Notes under the pieces: model-generated
What the model saw: the letters and a program-made list of their open reading frames with translations, nothing else
What the model was told of the DNA's origin: nothing
Database searches by the model: none
Made by a program: the position numbers and the translations under genes
DNA from: Bdellovibrionales bacterium
GTDB taxonomy: Bacteria; Bdellovibrionota; Bdellovibrionia; Bdellovibrionales; UBA1609
Assembly (NCBI GenBank): GCA_965199825.1
Contig: OZ241329.1
Coordinates: forward strand, 288,001-352,000
DNA length: 64,000 nt
Reading direction: 5' to 3'
Shown here: piece after piece, positions 19,808 to 31,073 of the stretch
How positions within the stretch are numbered: position 1 is the stretch's first letter
How the letters are laid out: each line of letters starts with the position of its first letter

Positions 19808-20931
19808 AAAAGATTTTGATTCTGTTTGGCACCCGGCCAGAGGCCATCAAACTTTTACCACTCGCTGAGGCTTTAAAAAAAGATGGTCGCTTTCAGATTG
19901 AGATCGGTTCTACCGGCCAACATAAAGAGATGCTGGCCCAAGTTTTTAAGGTGTTTGATCAATTTCCAGATTTTGATCTCGAGGCAATGGAGCCCGCACA
20001 AAGCCTTACTTTATTGAGCTCTCGATTGCTCGAAAAACTCGCTAAAATTTTAACCCAAAAAAGACCAGACCTTGTGATTGTCCAGGGCGATACAACAAGC
20101 ACATTTATCGCAAGCCTTGCTGCTTTTTATCAAAAGATCCCGGTGGCTCATGTGGAAGCAGGACTTCGCACCCACAATAAATCGGCACCCTTTCCAGAAG
20201 AAATCAATCGCCGCTTAACCAGCGAATTGGCTGATCTTCATTTTGCCCCAACCCAAAGAGCAAAACAAAATTTGATTGATTCGCAAATTGAACCCAAAAG
20301 AATTTTTGTGACCGGCAATACCGGGATTGATGCCTTACTTTCAGTTAAAACTAAAATTGAAGGAAACCCCAGCCTCATTGATCCAGAAATTAAAAAGATC
20401 CTTGAACAAAATAAAATGACTTTGATTACTCTTCACCGCAGAGAGAATTTTGGACCTCCGCATATTGCAGCCCTAAATGCGATAAGCAAAATCGCCAAAG
20501 AATTTACTCACAAAATTTTTTTGTTTCCGATGCATCCCAATCCCCTTATTCGTCTTGAAGTCGAAAAACATTTATCGCATCAGCCAAATATTTATCTGGT
20601 CGAGCCGCTGGACTATCCCTCACTTGTTGCGGTTCTCAATCAGAGCGAATTGATTGTGACCGACTCCGGAGGACTGCAAGAAGAAGCGCCAAGCTTTCAA
20701 ATCCCTGTTTTGGTCTTGCGCGAGTGCACCGAGCGGACCGAAGCCGTCGAACAGGGGTTTAGCCGATTGGTCGGCACTGACCCCAAAAAAATTGAGCAAG
20801 AGATGCGATCGGCATTGAGTTCAAACCGTTGGCAAATGAGACTTAAAGATTTGCCAAATCCTTATGGGGATGGTGCGGCTTCGGCAAAAATTGTGGATCA
20901 TTTAAAACAAACAGAGAGTGATCTGTGGTGA
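19804..20931 (+). CDS. wecB: UDP-N-acetylglucosamine 2-epimerase (non-hydrolysing)
   Basis: GTRPEAIK, QGDT, HVEAGLRT, PFPEEINR, TDSGGLQEEAP and PYGDG motifs. Confidence 0.96.
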   Translation: MKKILILFGTRPEAIKLLPLAEALKKDGRFQIEIGSTGQHKEMLAQVFKVFDQFPDFDLEAMEPAQSLTLLSSRLLEKLAKILTQKRPDLVIVQGDTTSTFIASLAAFYQKIPVAHVEAGLRTHNKSAPFPEEINRRLTSELADLHFAPTQRAKQNLIDSQIEPKRIFVTGNTGIDALLSVKTKIEGNPSLIDPEIKKILEQNKMTLITLHRRENFGPPHIAALNAISKIAKEFTHKIFLFPMHPNPLIRLEVEKHLSHQPNIYLVEPLDYPSLVAVLNQSELIVTDSGGLQEEAPSFQIPVLVLRECTERTEAVEQGFSRLVGTDPKKIEQEMRSALSSNRWQMRLKDLPNPYGDGAASAKIVDHLKQTESDLW

Positions 20932-22103
20932 AAGATATTTTACTTTTTTCTACCGCAGATTGGGATTCGCCCTATCTCACTAACAAACAGCATATGGCGC
21001 GGCTCTTAAGAGATCGTGGATTTCGAATTTTATATGTTGAATCCTTAGGACTTCGCTCACCCACAAAAAATAAAAAAGATTTAAGACGTCTCTGGAAGCG
21101 CTTAATTAAGGGACTAAAACCCATTTCTGAGGTCGAAAAAAATATTTTTGTGCTCTCACCCCTCACATTTCCATTTCAACAGCACCGAAAATGGGTTCAG
21201 TCTTACAATGCCTGGTTTTTAAGATTTCGAATTTTTATTTTCGGTATTTTAAGAAATTTTAAATCGCCACTGATCTGGACTTATCATCCCTTTATTTTAA
21301 GAGTGACGCGGCTAATGCCCCAATCAAAAATTGTTTATCACTGTGTGGATGATTTAAGTGCGGTGCCCGGGATTCATCCCCAAAACCTAAAAAATGCCGA
21401 AAACGAACTTGCTCCAAAATGTTTGGCGATATTTACCACTTCCATATTTTTGCAAAATCGAATGAGTGCGCTTGCCCCGGGACGCTGTTTTTATTTTAAC
21501 AATGTTGCCGATATCGAAAAATTTAGTAAAGCTCGCACAATGCCTCAACCTCCCCAGTTAGCCAAAATAAATGGGCTTAAAATTGGTTATGTCGGAGTGC
21601 TGAGTGATTACAAATTAGATTTTGGATTGATCCATGATGTGGTCAAAGCCAAGCCTGAGTGGCAATGGATTTTTGTTGGTGAAGAGCGCGAGGGTCAAAA
21701 TGATTTGGTTTTTAAACGAATTAAAACTTATCCCAATGTTCATTGTCTGGGTCATGTGGCCTATGATCAAATTCCGGCAATTCTTGCAGGATTTGATATT
21801 GCAATCCTTCCGACCTTAATGAATGACTATACCCGCTCGATGTTTCCGATGAAATTTTTTGAATACTTGGCTGCGGGATTACCGGTGGTTGCAACACCGC
21901 TTCCTTCACTTGAGGAATATTCCAATTTTTTTACCGCCGCCTTAGGTGCCTCAACATTCATTTCTGCGATTGAAAGATTAGAGCAGATTCCAAAAGCTCA
22001 AAGATCTTTAGATTTAAAAAAGATAGAAAAACAAAATTGGCAAAGTCGGCTGGATCAGATGTTTGAATTTTTAGATCAAGTCCGAAACAAAGGCATCAAT
22101 TAA
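20925..22103 (+). CDS. GT-B glycosyltransferase (TuaH-like)
   Basis: YHCVDD and PMKFFEYLAAGLPVV motifs. Confidence 0.88.
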   Translation: MVKDILLFSTADWDSPYLTNKQHMARLLRDRGFRILYVESLGLRSPTKNKKDLRRLWKRLIKGLKPISEVEKNIFVLSPLTFPFQQHRKWVQSYNAWFLRFRIFIFGILRNFKSPLIWTYHPFILRVTRLMPQSKIVYHCVDDLSAVPGIHPQNLKNAENELAPKCLAIFTTSIFLQNRMSALAPGRCFYFNNVADIEKFSKARTMPQPPQLAKINGLKIGYVGVLSDYKLDFGLIHDVVKAKPEWQWIFVGEEREGQNDLVFKRIKTYPNVHCLGHVAYDQIPAILAGFDIAILPTLMNDYTRSMFPMKFFEYLAAGLPVVATPLPSLEEYSNFFTAALGASTFISAIERLEQIPKAQRSLDLKKIEKQNWQSRLDQMFEFLDQVRNKGIN

Positions 22104-22928
22104 GCTTTCGGCCGATTTGCCATAATAGGGCGACCACGAAAAATGGGTTTGAAATCGGTTGCAATTGCCAACGATGGATTTGGGTTCGTTTGTGCGCACA
22201 CGAGAATTATCTATTTGGAGTTCGACCAGCTTGTTGCATCTTTGTGATAAAATCATTACAAGCTGCTTTAAATTTTTGGCGACACCTGAGCAGATATTAA
22301 ACACCATGGTTTCTTTAATCTTGTCGGACTGGTCACTTAGAATTTTTAGTGCAGCAATAAGATCTTGCACCGCACCCATATCTCGTTCGATCTCAAGATT
22401 GCCCACATCAATCTGATCTTTTAAAAGTATTTGCTGATACATCGAGGGTAAAAAGAAGTGGGCAGGTTGCGACTTGTGGGTGTGATTGAATAATCTTAAA
22501 ATCGCAAGTCGCCCCCCACACTCATATTGTCTTTTTTTAAGGTTGAACTCACCGTCCAATTTAGATTGAGCATAAAAAGTCTTTGGATCGACAGATGAAT
22601 CTTCAAACAACTCGCCATCAACTTCAGCATAAACATGGGCCGTACTTGGAAAAACAAAAACACAATGAGGATAAACCTCCCACAAAACTTTTGCGATCTC
22701 AGCTGGAGCATCTGAATTGATTTTTTGGCAAAGACCAGGATTGTCTGCACATTCTTTGACCGAACTGATCCCGGCAAAATGGAAATAAATTTTGGGAGTA
22801 TCGGGAAGCGAAGTTAAAAACGATTTAAAACTTTCAAGATCCAGGATATTTTTAAGAAACGGCACAGCGCTTGGCAATTTATTGAGCAAAGCTTGTCCGA
22901 GAAAACCTTGAGCGCCTGAAAGAATCAT
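22071..22928 (-). CDS. NDP-sugar reductase, probably GDP-4-keto-6-deoxy-D-mannose reductase (Rmd-like)
   Basis: GAQGFLG, YAQSK, RLFNH and GNL..ERD motifs; coupled to gmd. Confidence 0.75.
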   Translation of the reverse strand: MILSGAQGFLGQALLNKLPSAVPFLKNILDLESFKSFLTSLPDTPKIYFHFAGISSVKECADNPGLCQKINSDAPAEIAKVLWEVYPHCVFVFPSTAHVYAEVDGELFEDSSVDPKTFYAQSKLDGEFNLKKRQYECGGRLAILRLFNHTHKSQPAHFFLPSMYQQILLKDQIDVGNLEIERDMGAVQDLIAALKILSDQSDKIKETMVFNICSGVAKNLKQLVMILSQRCNKLVELQIDNSRVRTNEPKSIVGNCNRFQTHFSWSPYYGKSAESLIDAFVSDLI

Positions 22929-23884
22929 TTTTTTAAATACTCCAAGTCAGCGTCGACCATCATTTTTACAAGTTCATCAAAATGAACCTTGGGTTGCCAA
23001 CCTAAAATTGTTTTGGCTTTGTCCGAATCACCAATCAACAGATCCACTTCGGCCGGTCGATCAAATTTTTTATTGTATTTGACATACTTTTCCCAATCGA
23101 GATCCAGAGCCTTAAACGCCGACTGAACAAACTCTTTGACCGAATGGGTCTCACCCGTAGAAACAACAAAATCATCGGGCTGATCTTGTTGCAACATCAG
23201 CCACATCGCCTCGACATAATCTCCGGCAAAACCCCAATCTCTTTTTGCATCCAAATTTCCAAGCACCAGTTCAGATTGAAGCCCAAGTTTAATACTTGCA
23301 GCCGCATGGCTAATTTTGCGAGTCACGAATTCAAGTCCGCGCCGAGGTGATTCGTGATTAAATAAAATTCCGCTAGTCGCAAAAAGATTAAAAGATTCAC
23401 GATAATTGATCGTGATCCAATGACCAAACAGTTTTGCCACACCATAAGGAGAGCGCGGATAAAACGGAGTTTTTTCGTTTTGTGGGACCGCTTGAACCTT
23501 GCCAAACATCTCTGAACTCGAAGCCTGATAAAATTTGGCTTTGGGCGAAACCTTTCTCATCGCTTCAAGCACTCGGGTCACACCCACCGCGGTAAACTCA
23601 GCGGTTAAAACAGGTTGGGTCCACGAGGTCTGTACAAAACTTTGGGCACCCAGATTATAAATTTCATCGGGACGCGATTCTTCAAGAGCATTTGTTAAAG
23701 AGCTTTGATCCAACAGATCCCCAGTCAAGAGCTCGATGTTGGGCATCAAATGATCAATACGTCCATAAACATTGGTACTTGTTCTCCGAGTGAGACCGTA
23801 GACTTTGTAGCCCTTTTTAAGTAAGAACTCGGCAAGGTAGGATCCATCTTGCCCGGTAATTCCGGTGATCAACGCTGACTTCAT
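22925..23884 (-). CDS. gmd: GDP-mannose 4,6-dehydratase
   Basis: [31 protein letters not shown] and RDWG motifs. Confidence 0.97.
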   Translation of the reverse strand: MKSALITGITGQDGSYLAEFLLKKGYKVYGLTRRTSTNVYGRIDHLMPNIELLTGDLLDQSSLTNALEESRPDEIYNLGAQSFVQTSWTQPVLTAEFTAVGVTRVLEAMRKVSPKAKFYQASSSEMFGKVQAVPQNEKTPFYPRSPYGVAKLFGHWITINYRESFNLFATSGILFNHESPRRGLEFVTRKISHAAASIKLGLQSELVLGNLDAKRDWGFAGDYVEAMWLMLQQDQPDDFVVSTGETHSVKEFVQSAFKALDLDWEKYVKYNKKFDRPAEVDLLIGDSDKAKTILGWQPKVHFDELVKMMVDADLEYLKK

Positions 23885-23920
23885 TTTTTTATCCTTTTTC
23901 TTTATAGCCTGCTAAGTTAT

Positions 23921-24700
23921 GTGACAAAGTCTCAAAAGATCGGAGCGCCTTTGGATTTTCAAAGCATCAACGTTGATGCGCTCAAAAAAAGCTTCGACCT
24001 CTTTGGGTCCAATAAGCCATTTAACCATGTGGTTGTCGATAATTTCTTAAATCCAAATTTGGCTCAAGAAATCAGTGATGAATTTATTAATTTCAATTCG
24101 ACACATTGGGTTCACTACCACAGCCCGATCGAAGAAAAAAAAGCCCTTAATGACTGGAATTTATTTCCCCCACTCAGCTATCAAATATTTTCTTTTCTCA
24201 ATTCAGAAACATTTTTGGCTCTTCTTTCCGAACTCACCAAAGAGCATCTCTTTGCCGATCCTGGTTTACATGGAGCAGGTTGGCATATTCACGGCTCTGG
24301 TGGAAATCTCAATCCCCATTTAGATTATTCGATTCACCCAAAGCTGGGGTTGGAGCGAAAATATAATATCATTATTTATGTTTCAAAAGATTTAAGGGAG
24401 CATCATGGTGGTCATCTTGGATTTTGGTCTCACGATAGCAACAATGAACAACCAAAAGAACTGATCACAGAAATTGCTCCATTATTTAATCGTGCAGTCA
24501 TTTTTGATACCACCCAAAATGCTTGGCATGGATTTAGTCGAAAGCTCAACACACCACCGAATGTGTATCGCAAAAGTTTGGCGATTTACTACCTTCGAAC
24601 ACCTTCGCTCAGTGCCCAAAAAAGACAAAAGGCTTTGTTTGCACCACGAGATATCGAAAAAGACGATCCTTCGATTAAAGATGCGATTCGCCTGAGGTGA
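23921..24700 (+). CDS. 2OG-Fe(II) oxygenase family protein
   Basis: HLD...H (NAWHG) triad, FNRAVIF and RKSLAIYY. Confidence 0.85.
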   Translation: MTKSQKIGAPLDFQSINVDALKKSFDLFGSNKPFNHVVVDNFLNPNLAQEISDEFINFNSTHWVHYHSPIEEKKALNDWNLFPPLSYQIFSFLNSETFLALLSELTKEHLFADPGLHGAGWHIHGSGGNLNPHLDYSIHPKLGLERKYNIIIYVSKDLREHHGGHLGFWSHDSNNEQPKELITEIAPLFNRAVIFDTTQNAWHGFSRKLNTPPNVYRKSLAIYYLRTPSLSAQKRQKALFAPRDIEKDDPSIKDAIRLR

Positions 24701-25728
24701 AACGCCCTCAAGTCCTCATCATCAATAGAGCTTCAGTAGTCAAAGGTGCAGCACTTTCACGCAGTGTTGAAGAGCGGTTGTATGAACCGCTACGCGAAAT
24801 CGAACTTAAGCGGTGGATTGATCTTTCGATCGAAAATGAAATGGGTGAGCTTCATCTTAAAGCCTATACACATCTTGTGTTCAATCGAGGTCACAGTGCT
24901 CAATCCTTAACGCTCGCTCTGAAAGCCAAAGCTCTCGGACTTACCGTGATCAGCGATCTTGATGATTTGCCCATTTTTTTGCCCGATGGAGATTCAGCTT
25001 TCCTCGATGATCAAAAACAAAAATATTTTTTAGAGATTCTAAAAGCCAGTGATATTCTGGTTTGCTCCACACCTAAAATCAAAGAGTGGGCCGACTCTCA
25101 TTTTGCTCAAAAGCACAATGTGGTGATCCCAACCGGATTTGATTTCGAAAGATTCGATCAGCAAAGAGAAATCAAGTTTCACGGTTCACAAATTTTATTT
25201 ACCAATGCCGGCTCGCTCAAGCTTGGAAATTTCGGCGGCGACTGGCTCGATACCATGACGACTTGGCTTAAAAAAAATAAGTGGCGTTTGAGTATTTATG
25301 CCGATTTTATAGATTATTTTCCTGACGAATTCCCGATGGTCTCGCACGGCAGTGTGCCCTGGGTAAAACACAAGCTTGAAATCAATCAAAATTATTCTTT
25401 GGCAGTTGTTCCGCTTGCGGCTTCCGAAGATCCGAAGCATCTCAAATATTCAATTTTTAAAACTCCCATCAAATATATTATTTATGGAGGCTTGGGCATC
25501 TGCGGGATCTACTCAAAAACTCCGATCTATCAAAATGAAATTGAGGATCGGGTTCACGGCTATCTTGCCGACAACACTCGAGAGAGTTGGCTCGACGCAC
25601 TCGATGAAGCCGTCAACAACAAGGATCTTACAAAAAAAATTGTGACCAATGCGATGAGTGATGTTCGCCAACGCTACAGCAAAAAGATCGCAATTGAGGG
25701 ATGGAAAAAAGTATTAGAGTTGAATTGA
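24697..25728 (+). CDS. Putative glycosyltransferase (GT-B)
   Basis: DLDD, VCST and FKTPIKY motifs; polysaccharide cluster context. Confidence 0.65.
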   Translation: MKRPQVLIINRASVVKGAALSRSVEERLYEPLREIELKRWIDLSIENEMGELHLKAYTHLVFNRGHSAQSLTLALKAKALGLTVISDLDDLPIFLPDGDSAFLDDQKQKYFLEILKASDILVCSTPKIKEWADSHFAQKHNVVIPTGFDFERFDQQREIKFHGSQILFTNAGSLKLGNFGGDWLDTMTTWLKKNKWRLSIYADFIDYFPDEFPMVSHGSVPWVKHKLEINQNYSLAVVPLAASEDPKHLKYSIFKTPIKYIIYGGLGICGIYSKTPIYQNEIEDRVHGYLADNTRESWLDALDEAVNNKDLTKKIVTNAMSDVRQRYSKKIAIEGWKKVLELN

Positions 25729-26292
25729 CCAAGCATGTTCGGTCACACCAACAAAGGTTGTAAGACTCACATTCGAAAATAAGAAAGCCGGAAACAGATT
25801 GAAATTAATCTTTAAAAGATGACCACAAATACTATTGAGTGGGCCACCGTGAGTGACAATTACAAAATCGTTTTGCTCAACCAATAAAATATTTTGAAAC
25901 CCTTGCCATGCCCGATCGATCATCTCTTGGGTGGTCTCGCCCTTGGGATAACGGGCCAAGCGATCAGTCAAATGGTGGCGGAATTGAGGGTACTCGTGGT
26001 CGACCTCGGTCATCAGACGCTGGCTTAAATCACCCGTGTCGGTCTCCATCAATTCAGGATTGATTTTAATTTTTTTAAAACCGAGCAGTTTGGCAGTGCT
26101 GATACAGCGATTTAATGGCGAACTGTAGCATTGAAGATTTAAAAGCGATCGAAATTCCCTTTGTGTGCTTGCATCGAAGGCCTGCTCTTTGCCTTTTTGC
26201 GAAAGTGGCGAATCCAATTGGCCACAAACAATTTTTTGCACATTGGCTTCGGACTCAGCATGCCGGATCAGGTAAACTTTTTGACCCTTCAA
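25714..26292 (-). CDS. Histidine phosphatase family protein
   Basis: IRHAES, SSPL.R and VTHGG motifs. Confidence 0.9.
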   Translation of the reverse strand: MKGQKVYLIRHAESEANVQKIVCGQLDSPLSQKGKEQAFDASTQREFRSLLNLQCYSSPLNRCISTAKLLGFKKIKINPELMETDTGDLSQRLMTEVDHEYPQFRHHLTDRLARYPKGETTQEMIDRAWQGFQNILLVEQNDFVIVTHGGPLNSICGHLLKINFNLFPAFLFSNVSLTTFVGVTEHAWSIQL

Positions 26293-27155
26293 GAAAGATG
26301 CCCTTTGATTTGCAAATACTCAGCTAAGGCATCATGCCACTCAGGCATTTTGTAATACTGATTCAGTTTATCGGCTTTCAAAACACTATAATGCGGTCGA
26401 CGTGCTCGCGAGCCAAACTCTTTTGCGGTGATTGGCTGAACATCGACCTCCAGATTTAAAGATCGGAATATTTCTGAAGCAAAATCAAACCACGTGCATG
26501 AATCTTGGCTTGTGCAATTGTAAATTCCAAATTCTATTTTTGGATTCTGAATAATTGAGACCACCGATTTTGCAATATCCAGGGAATGGGTCGGACTCAT
26601 AAATTGATCATTCACAACAGAGATCGGGCGATTTTGCTTGGCCAAACGAATCATGGTTTCAATAAAATTGCCCCCCTTGCCACCGGCACCATAAGCACCA
26701 AACACCGACGACACCCTGAGGACGATATGCTTTGAACAATAATTTCTGGCAAAAAAATCACCACTCGCTTTGCTTGCACCATAAACACTCAAAGGATCAA
26801 GAGCCGCCGTTTCACCAATTGGAGATTTGTGATTAGGACCAAAAACATAATCGGTAGAAAAATGGATCAACAAAATATTATTTTTTTGGCAATGAATCGC
26901 AATCTCTCTCACCGCAAAAGCATTGGTCCTAAAAACCAAATCGATTGCGCCTTCAGCATCATCGACCCGGTTATAAGCCACACAATTAATAAGGATGTCG
27001 GGAGTAAGCCAACCCGAAAGAGTCGCAGAAATATCGTTTGCGAAATCAAGATCTGCTCGGGTGACCGAGTGCACTTCGTGCGCTGTTAATGACAGCTGCC
27101 TCACCAAGTCTGAGCCCACCTGGCCGTGCGCACCTAAAATTAGAATTTTCATCAC
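26289..27155 (-). CDS. rfbD: dTDP-4-dehydrorhamnose reductase
   Basis: GAHGQVG, STDYVF, YGASK, DQFMSPT and ARRP.YSVL motifs. Confidence 0.93.
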   Translation of the reverse strand: MMKILILGAHGQVGSDLVRQLSLTAHEVHSVTRADLDFANDISATLSGWLTPDILINCVAYNRVDDAEGAIDLVFRTNAFAVREIAIHCQKNNILLIHFSTDYVFGPNHKSPIGETAALDPLSVYGASKASGDFFARNYCSKHIVLRVSSVFGAYGAGGKGGNFIETMIRLAKQNRPISVVNDQFMSPTHSLDIAKSVVSIIQNPKIEFGIYNCTSQDSCTWFDFASEIFRSLNLEVDVQPITAKEFGSRARRPHYSVLKADKLNQYYKMPEWHDALAEYLQIKGHLS

Positions 27156-27216
27156 TCCGCCCCTTGCAAAACGACTTCTTAAGAAATTAATGTCATTGCA
27201 ATCTAAAAAGGGTCAA

Positions 27217-28530
27217 GTGCGAATCATTCATACCTTAAAAGGTCATTTGTTTTATCCACTGGTTGAAAAAGCAAGTGGGCGACAAATCTCCGAAAAATTT
27301 CAAAGCGCAAAAAATTTTTCGATTTTACCGTCGCAAAAAAGACGCGCACAGATTGAATCCTATCTCGAAGCGATCTTGAGCGAAGCCAAACTCAATGTCC
27401 CCTACTACAAAGATTTATTTCATCAAATTCATTTCGACCCGCGTGAAGTCCGCGGCAATATCAATGCACTTAAACAATTGCCATTTTTAACAAAAGATAT
27501 TGTGCGTGAACAAGGCGACCGACTTTTAAATCGGCGCTATGAACTCTCAAGTTTAGTCAAAATGAATACCGGTGGTTCAACAGGCGCGTGCCTGACGATT
27601 TCTTACGACCGCGAAGCTCTCGATTGGTCGGCTGCGGCCAATCGATTTGCGGTGTCGATGACGGGCGCAAGCTTTTCAACCTCAGAAGTGCATTTGGTCT
27701 CTCGCATATCACAAAAAAACGCTTATAAACAAAAACTTACAAACTGGGTGAAGTGTCAGGCCTTAAATCGAACAAATTTCGAAACTGACTTTATCACTGA
27801 GTCCTCACTCGAGAATTTATATAATACCATCCTTCGGACAAAACCTTTTTTGGTGCAAGGTCATCCCTCAACATTATATGCGCTCGCAACCTATGTCAGA
27901 GATTGCAAACCCACAAAAAAACTTTTTTCTGTTTTTGAGTCCACTGGAGAAACCCTGGATAAAAAGCGATTTCAGGTGATCAAAGACCAACTTCAGTGCA
28001 CCATTTTTAATCGTTATGGAAATGCCGAATTCGGGGTGATTGCCCACAGTATAGATAATCCCTTTCAACTCCAGCTTTTAGATTTTATGGTCTTGCCCGA
28101 GATGGTTCAGCTCGGCAATGGACTGTGTGAGCTGATATTTACTGGCCTGCACAATCGTGCCATGCCGCTAATTCGCTATCGGTCTGGTGATATTGGAAAT
28201 TTGACCGTCGAAAATAATAGGGTTCACATTGCCGATCTTCGGGGACGCATTCATGATCTGATGGAATTCGAGCGAGTTCATTTGCCGAGTCATTATTTGC
28301 TCGATGTCTTTAATCATCGTGGGGATGTGGATGATTTTCAGATTGTGGTACGTTCAGGTCAAAAGCCCGAACTTCGAATCGTTAAAAAAACCGACACTCC
28401 TTCTGAAAAAATCAAATCCGAATTGGCCAATATTTTGTCCAATCAAGTCGAAATCAAATTCGTTAGATCCGATCAATTTATTCTTTCTGGATGGAGAGAC
28501 AAATTTCGTTATATCGTGCGAGCCGATTGA
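27217..28530 (+). CDS. CapK-like / phenylacetate-CoA ligase family adenylate-forming enzyme
   Basis: NVPYY, LPFLTK, TGGSTG, RYGNAEFG and IRYRSGD motifs; start is GTG 27217 or ATG 27190. Confidence 0.85.
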   Translation: MRIIHTLKGHLFYPLVEKASGRQISEKFQSAKNFSILPSQKRRAQIESYLEAILSEAKLNVPYYKDLFHQIHFDPREVRGNINALKQLPFLTKDIVREQGDRLLNRRYELSSLVKMNTGGSTGACLTISYDREALDWSAAANRFAVSMTGASFSTSEVHLVSRISQKNAYKQKLTNWVKCQALNRTNFETDFITESSLENLYNTILRTKPFLVQGHPSTLYALATYVRDCKPTKKLFSVFESTGETLDKKRFQVIKDQLQCTIFNRYGNAEFGVIAHSIDNPFQLQLLDFMVLPEMVQLGNGLCELIFTGLHNRAMPLIRYRSGDIGNLTVENNRVHIADLRGRIHDLMEFERVHLPSHYLLDVFNHRGDVDDFQIVVRSGQKPELRIVKKTDTPSEKIKSELANILSNQVEIKFVRSDQFILSGWRDKFRYIVRAD

Positions 28531-29549
28531 ACAGAAATTTCTTTAAGCCAGCCCGAATTTTCAAGATACCACTCAATAGTTTTTTCAAGCCCCGATTCAA
28601 ATTCTTTAAACATCGGATGATAACCCAGTTCGCTGGCAGCTTTCGTAAAATCGATGGCATATCTCCAATCATGTCCTTTGCGATCTTGAACATGAACAAT
28701 TTGATCGCTATAGGATTTGCCGTCTGAGCGTGGTCGCTTTTGATCGAGCATTTTACAGATTGACTGCACAAGCGCTAGATTTGTTCGCTCATTTTGGCCG
28801 CCAAAGCAGTAACTTTCACCAGGACGACCTTTGTTCACTGCAAGCATGATCCCCTGACAATGGTCACTCACATGAATCCAGTCCCGAATATTAAGTCCTG
28901 TGCCATAGACCGGAAGATCTTTTTGGGCCAAGGCACATTGGAGCATATGCGGAATCAACTTTTCTGGAAATTGTTTAGGACCATAATTATTTGAGCAATG
29001 GGTGATCAGAGTTGGTAGATTGTATGTATGAAACCACGCTCTTGCGAGGTGATCACCGCCGGCTTTTGAGGCCGAATAAGGAGAGTTCGGCGCATAGGGA
29101 GTTTGCTCAGAAAAATATCCCTCATTTTTTAATGATCCAAAAACCTCATCTGTCGAGACTTGGACAAATCTAAACTTTTTTTGTTGATTCACATTCAATG
29201 TTTGCCAGTATTTTAAAGTGGCATTTAACAAAGAAAGTACACCTAGCACATTTGTTTGTACAAATTGTGAGGGATCACTAATTGAACGGTCCACATGAGA
29301 CTCGGCAGCAAAATTGATAACCACGGTGGGTTGAAAGGATTGAATCAAATCGGTCATCTGGTGCGTATGACAGATATTGGCATGAACGAATTCCCATTTG
29401 CCTTTAACGTCCTTGAGGTTCGCTTTATGGCCCGCATAGGTGAGTGCATCGACAATCAGAATCTCGGCATCGGTCTGTGCTGCAAGTGTAACAAAATTGC
29501 TCCCAATAAATCCAGCGCCCCCGGTGACCAAGAATCTTTGCGACGACAT
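28509..29549 (-). CDS. rfbB: dTDP-glucose 4,6-dehydratase
   Basis: GGAGFIGSNF, AAESHVDRSI, STDEV, PYSASK and HDWRYAID motifs. Confidence 0.96.
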   Translation of the reverse strand: MSSQRFLVTGGAGFIGSNFVTLAAQTDAEILIVDALTYAGHKANLKDVKGKWEFVHANICHTHQMTDLIQSFQPTVVINFAAESHVDRSISDPSQFVQTNVLGVLSLLNATLKYWQTLNVNQQKKFRFVQVSTDEVFGSLKNEGYFSEQTPYAPNSPYSASKAGGDHLARAWFHTYNLPTLITHCSNNYGPKQFPEKLIPHMLQCALAQKDLPVYGTGLNIRDWIHVSDHCQGIMLAVNKGRPGESYCFGGQNERTNLALVQSICKMLDQKRPRSDGKSYSDQIVHVQDRKGHDWRYAIDFTKAASELGYHPMFKEFESGLEKTIEWYLENSGWLKEISVQSARTI

Positions 29550-30107
29550 TTAATGTTGTTCCTCAAAATGATTGATCGTTTTTGAGAGTAGCGGAGCGTT
29601 CAAATCCTTTTGGGATAAAATGGGATTCGAAAATGGCCAATCGATATTGATCTCAGGATCATTCCATAAAATCGAACTTTCGGCCGATTTTGAATAGTAC
29701 CGATTTACTTTGTAGCTCACCGCTGTATCGGGCACGAGAGTCACAAACCCATGAGCAAATCCCTCGGGCACATACAATTGACGAAAGTTTTCGCTGCTTA
29801 AAATCTCAGCGATGTATTTTCCAAAAGTGCGACTATTTTTGCGGATATCTACAACGACATCAAGAATTGCCCCTGAAATCACCCTTACAAGCTTTGATTG
29901 GGCCGATGGATTATTTTGAAAATGAAGACCCCGCAAGGTTCCGGCTTTTACACTCATGGAATGATTGTCTTGAACAAATTCATCTTTAATATTCAGGGTT
30001 TTCAAACTGTCGATACGGAAGGTCTCAACAAAATATCCTCGATCGTCCGATAAAATATTTGGCTCCAACAGTTGGACTTGATCAAAAAAAATTTTAAGAC
30101 TTTTCAT
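29550..30107 (-). CDS. rfbC: dTDP-4-dehydrorhamnose 3,5-epimerase
   Basis: DDRGYF.E, QDNHS, LRGLHFQ and GFAHGF motifs. Confidence 0.95.
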   Translation of the reverse strand: MKSLKIFFDQVQLLEPNILSDDRGYFVETFRIDSLKTLNIKDEFVQDNHSMSVKAGTLRGLHFQNNPSAQSKLVRVISGAILDVVVDIRKNSRTFGKYIAEILSSENFRQLYVPEGFAHGFVTLVPDTAVSYKVNRYYSKSAESSILWNDPEINIDWPFSNPILSQKDLNAPLLSKTINHFEEQH

Positions 30108-30164
30108 TCGTCTCCCCTCCAACAATTGGATTGCGGCATCATCAATACCAAGTTAAAAAAAATC

Positions 30165-31073
30165 ATGAAAGCAATAATATTAGCCGGCGGATCGGGCTCT
30201 AGGCTTTATCCGATGACTTCTATTGTCTCAAAGCAATTGCAGCCCATTTACGATAAGCCCATGATCTTTTACCCCTTAAGCTCTTTGATGCTTTGCGGAG
30301 TTAAGGAATATTTAATCATCAGCACCATTCGCGACACGCCATTTATCCAAACACTGCTCGGCGATGGATCGGCCTATGGGATTTCTATTCAATATGAGGT
30401 GCAACTCGTTCCGGCAGGTCTTCCCCAAGCTTTTATTATTGGTGAGAAATTTATTGGCCAAGACGATGTGATCATGATGTTGGGCGACAACATTCTTTAT
30501 GGCGACATCACTTTTTTAGAGCACGCGGTGGACTTACATATCCATCGCTCAGATAAATTTAGAGGGCGAATTTTTGCTTATTATGTCGATGACCCACGCA
30601 GCTATGGAGTGGTGGAATTAGAAAAATCATCGGCTCGGGTGATCAGTATTGAAGAAAAGCCAGAGTCTCCCCGCTCCAATTATGCCATTCCAGGAATTTA
30701 TATTTTTGATTGCACGGTGTCGCAACGGGCAAAGCACTTGCACCGATCGGCGCGCGGCGAACTCGAAATGGTTGATATTATGAAATCCTATCTTGCAGAA
30801 CAAAGCTTAGGAGTTGAAATTATTGGTCGTGGAGTTACATGGTTTGATACCGGCACACCCGAGGCCATGCTCGAAGCAGGACTGATGATTGCCTCCATCG
30901 AAAAGCGCTCGGGGATGAAAATTGCTTCTCTCGAGGAGATTGCATTGCGCAGAAAATATTTGTCTCTCTCCCAATTTGCAAAGCGATTGGAGCAAATCCC
31001 TCACTCTCCCTACAGAAAATATTTAGAAAGAGTCTATACCGAAGTATTCCAAGAGGAGGAGTGCCATTTCTGA
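30165..31073 (+). CDS. rfbA: Glucose-1-phosphate thymidylyltransferase
   Basis: LAGGSGSRLYP, SKQLQPIYDKPMI, EEKP, SARGELE and WFDTGT motifs. Confidence 0.95.
   Translation: MKAIILAGGSGSRLYPMTSIVSKQLQPIYDKPMIFYPLSSLMLCGVKEYLIISTIRDTPFIQTLLGDGSAYGISIQYEVQLVPAGLPQAFIIGEKFIGQDDVIMMLGDNILYGDITFLEHAVDLHIHRSDKFRGRIFAYYVDDPRSYGVVELEKSSARVISIEEKPESPRSNYAIPGIYIFDCTVSQRAKHLHRSARGELEMVDIMKSYLAEQSLGVEIIGRGVTWFDTGTPEAMLEAGLMIASIEKRSGMKIASLEEIALRRKYLSLSQFAKRLEQIPHSPYRKYLERVYTEVFQEEECHF

Noticed and set aside
26995..27189. N-terminal extension of the CapK-like ORF over rfbD (likewise 55188-55403, 18364-18486 and 2468-2593)
   Set aside because: The extensions overlap opposite-strand genes or non-coding motifs; downstream starts match the family N-termini better.
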